Shown: positions 60,462 to 64,000 of the stretch, in pieces
Layout of the letters: each line of letters starts with the position of its first letter
How positions within the stretch are numbered: the first letter of the stretch is position 1
DNA from: Paramecium tetraurelia
Taxonomy: Eukaryota
Reading direction: 5' to 3'
DNA length: 64,000 nucleotides
NCBI GenBank assembly: GCA_000165425.1
Contig: CT868196.1
Location: forward strand, 310,001-374,000
Made by a program: the position numbers and the translations under genes
The notes under the pieces: model-generated
The model's input: only the letters and a program-made list of their open reading frames with translations
What the model was told of the DNA's origin: nothing
Database searches by the model: none

Positions 60462-62795
60462 TCAAAGGTGATTCATAATCACTGTAGTATAACAAATCAT
60501 GAATTCGTCAATATTCAAACCCTTTTCTTGGGCTCCAACCATATCAAGCAACGTCAATAATCTCTTGATTGGAATATTTTTGATTTACGAAGCAATAATG
60601 TTGACTTACTGTTCTTACTATTAGGTTAATTAAAGTTTGTTTTAAGATTAAGGTGAAGTTGTCAAATAATCAGTAATGACTAATTTAATTTCATCTGGCT
60701 TAATAAGATTTGGCACTTTGAATGATACGTTGAAACATGAAACCACTTCTAATTATTTCATTATATGATATTGTGATGTTGTACCGATAATAAGAAGTCT
60801 GCATTAAGACTAAAATGATTAATATGATATACATACTTTATCTGGTAATCTCTTGATTAATACTAGCAAGGCCTATAAGATAGCATTTGAGAATCTCGGA
60901 CCAATGTCTACGTATTCTATAAGTCTTTCAATATTGTCGATCAGAATGCAAGATAATGATGATTTGTAAGCATCATTGAATATTCTAACCATTTGATTGA
61001 TTATGGCTCCTTCAGTTAATCCAATGAAGGTTTCAGGAGATATCAATTTAACATAAGGGAACCCACATTCCACTGCAAGCCAAGCTGCAACACTGGTTTT
61101 GCCTGAACCTTAATCTCCTTCCAATAATACAGAATTCAACTATGAGTTTTTACCAAATCTAGTTTAATCAATGGTATTCTTTAAGATTTTCTGTAGTTTT
61201 TTGAATTCATCTCCAAAATCAATTAATCTACTTTTAAGTAATAAATCAAATTTATTTGAATCAATACCAAATTAAGGTTTAACTTCATCTAATGCATTCA
61301 TGAAATCACTTCTTTTCACCTTGAGTTCATCTTATTTATTTAACTTCTTTTGGAAATCAAATATGTTTTGCATTCTTTGGAAAGCAAATGAAGATGCAGA
61401 TTTGACTACTGCCTCAATTTCAGCACCAGTATAATTTTTGGTGATTTATGCTAGTTCTTCTAAATTTACATCATAATCCAAAGCTTCATTCTTTCTAAGA
61501 TTTTCAGTATGAATATTCAAAATCTATTATCTTCCTCCTTCATCTGGCAATCCGACTTCAATATGCACTTCAAATCTTCCTGGTCTGAGAACAGCCTCAT
61601 CAATTAAGTCTTTTCTATTAGTCATACCAATGACCAATATGTTATTGAGAGAGTTAACTCCATCTATCATAGAGAGCAATTGATTGACAACATTATCATA
61701 GGCCCCTGATCCAGAGTTAATTGACCCTCTTTATTTGCAGATTGCATCCATTTCATCAAATACAATGATATGCAAATCACTTTAATCACCCTTTGTCTCT
61801 TAATCTGCTATGGCTTCTGCGAATAGTTTTCTGACATTTTCTTCAGCCTCTCCAACAAATTTACTGAAAATCTCTGGCCCATTCACAATCTTGGGTGGCT
61901 TGGCCTTCAATACTTTAGCCAATTATCTTGCAATCAAAGTCTTACCAGTTCCTGGTGGACCATACAATAAGAGACCTTTAATATGCTTGATTCCATATTT
62001 TTCAAGGAAAGCTTAAGGGAATCTTCTTGATGAGAATGCTCTTCTAAAGATATTTGCTAATTCCTTATCTAAACCTCCAACTCCCAATTTATCAAAAGAA
62101 AAGTCCTCTCTAAATATACTAGCTGTATGTGTTGAAGCATTCTTCATTTTTAGTTGGTTTACTCCTTGCCTAATACTGAATTCAAGTTCAGTTTCATCAA
62201 CCAACATACCTCCTCCCATAAATTTGACTTGCTATGAATCTACTCCTACACTCAAAACATCAGTTCGAGTAACCTATGCTATAAATTAGATTAACGTACT
62301 TTAAATAAGTAAGTGTTTCCTTCATATAAAAATAGCTGAATTTAACCTGCTCTGAAGAATTAGCCACTATATGCTCTTTTCAAGAATGGGGCTAAGTCTT
62401 CAGAATTCATTTCAATTCTATCGAGACTTCCTTATTATTAGACTATGTCTAATTCAATATCAAGAACTCCCAATCTGTATTCCTTATCCTTTGGAAGTGC
62501 AAACACTGCTGCTTCAATCTTGTCTGTGAATGACATTCTCAATAATTATCTTACATATTTGCTTCCTGCTATGGAATCATCTTTGTATCCATTTTCCTAA
62601 CTTATCTAATTATTAACTTACTCCTTGCAATTAAAATACATAGCCATTAATCTGTATGAATAAATCTCCTTAAACATTATATTTTTGTTTTAATTAAGTA
62701 AATGTATTCTTTGAAGTATAAAGGAACCCTGAGAATGCTTCCTCTGTTTTGTTTAGAGCAACTGGTAATAGTTAGAATGCTTTTGCTGAAATCAT
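60462..62795 (-). CDS. NSF: N-ethylmaleimide-sensitive factor (NSF/Sec18) AAA ATPase
   Basis: [65 protein letters not shown]2 [21 protein letters not shown]. Confidence 0.95.
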
Positions 62796-62910
62796 TAATA
62801 TAATTATTGTTATTCTTAATTTGGTTTGTTTAATATAATAAAAAGTGGCCAGGGTTGGTCAGAAATTTATATATTAAATTATTGATAATTATGTTGATGA
62901 TATAATTAAA

Positions 62911-64000
62911 TCATTTCTTTTTAATCTATGATAATTTACCCCATCTTTATGCTAGCTTAACAAAGTTACCCATTTTCTAATTGAAATTATGAGATTATTA
63001 ATACTTTCATGGTTGCGCTTCCATAAAACTCCTTCATCTTATTTTAAATGTTAGGAATTGATTTAACTGTATTGTTCACTAACCAAGGATGTTTCAAAAT
63101 TTTTTCAGTTCCAAATCTTTTTGCTGGATCAACTGTTAATAGACCTTTAATGAGGTCTTTAGCTATTTGGATATATGTTAATCATTCTTACCTTCATTGG
63201 TGATGCTATCCCAATAAGGAGAGGGGAAGGAGAACTGCCCAGTTTTGATGATTTTGAAAAGCTTATCATTATCCTCATCATAAAATGGTGGAAATCCACA
63301 TAACCTATTGAATTAGATAATCTCTTACATAATATAGAGTATTACACCAACTGACCAAAAGTCAATAGCTTCTGAATATCCGTGTCCACACAGTATTTCA
63401 GGTGCCACGTATCCTGGTGTACCACATTGAGTCATCATGACTTCATCATTAGTTACAAATCGTGCCAGTCCAAAATCACTTACTTTCAATAAGGCGCCTG
63501 GTTCTTTGCTTGAAAATAAAAGATTTTCAGGTTTGAGATCTCTGTGAGCAATTCCCATTTTATGACAATAAGACAATGCATCTATGATTGGTCTCAGTGT
63601 GGCAGCAGCTTCTTTTTCACTAAAGTGATCTTTTTCCACTATTCTTTCAAAAAGCTTAGAATTTAAGCATAAATCCTTACTTCACCCCCAGTCATCAATT
63701 CCAAGACCATATAAAAATTGGTGTCATCTTCATAAATTTCATAGAGTTTGACTACATTTGGATGGTCAATCTAGAAGTAAGCATAATATTGTACTTAAGT
63801 CAAAATTTCCACTTCTGTTTGCAAAGCTTATAAGTCTTCATTTTATAAGTTGTCTCTAATTGTTAGTCACATCAACAAATACTTATTGATGATTTTCACA
63901 GCATACATATCTCCATTAGACTTCTTTTTTGCTCTCTTAACAACTCCAAAGGCACCTCTAATTTATTAAATACCATGGCTTACTCTCCTAAAGTCTTTTC
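62911..64000 (-). CDS. CaMK1-like Ser/Thr kinase (5' end beyond window)
   Basis: [51 protein letters not shown]; multiple ~22-27 nt introns. Confidence 0.92.

Noticed and set aside
62846..62861. GC-rich 6-bp hairpin TGGCCA-GGGT-TGGTCA between CaMK 3' end and NSF start
   Set aside because: Too short to distinguish from chance, although conspicuous in AT-rich DNA

Overview
AT-rich, extremely gene-dense ciliate macronuclear DNA, almost certainly Paramecium. TAA/TAG read as Gln with TGA the only stop (translation table 6), introns are tiny (~20-30 nt GT..AG) and many intergenic gaps are only 25-70 bp, so the supplied standard-code ORF track fragments every gene. Re-reading with code 6 gives about 36 protein genes; coordinates are hand-derived and intron boundaries are approximate. 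Highlights: (1) a single ~1850-aa ORF fusing a BIRC6/BRUCE-type E2 (UBC) domain to a complete, UBA6-like E1 ubiquitin-activating enzyme, head-to-head with a very divergent DEAD-box helicase; (2) an intron-containing, signal-peptide-bearing homologue of bacterial NamZ/YbbC (DUF1343) peptidoglycan exo-muramidase, probably horizontally acquired; (3) a 7TM receptor-PIP kinase fusion; (4) a tandem array of four highly diverged paralogues of an unrecognised family; (5) two paralogous 2-TM large-ectodomain proteins flanking an ISWI remodeller. Also present: RXT3/HDC1-like, DNAI4/WDR78, NDUFS4, GOT1, P5 ATPase, NSF, several kinases and pseudokinases. No RNA genes, telomeric repeats, transposons or CRISPR arrays were recognised.
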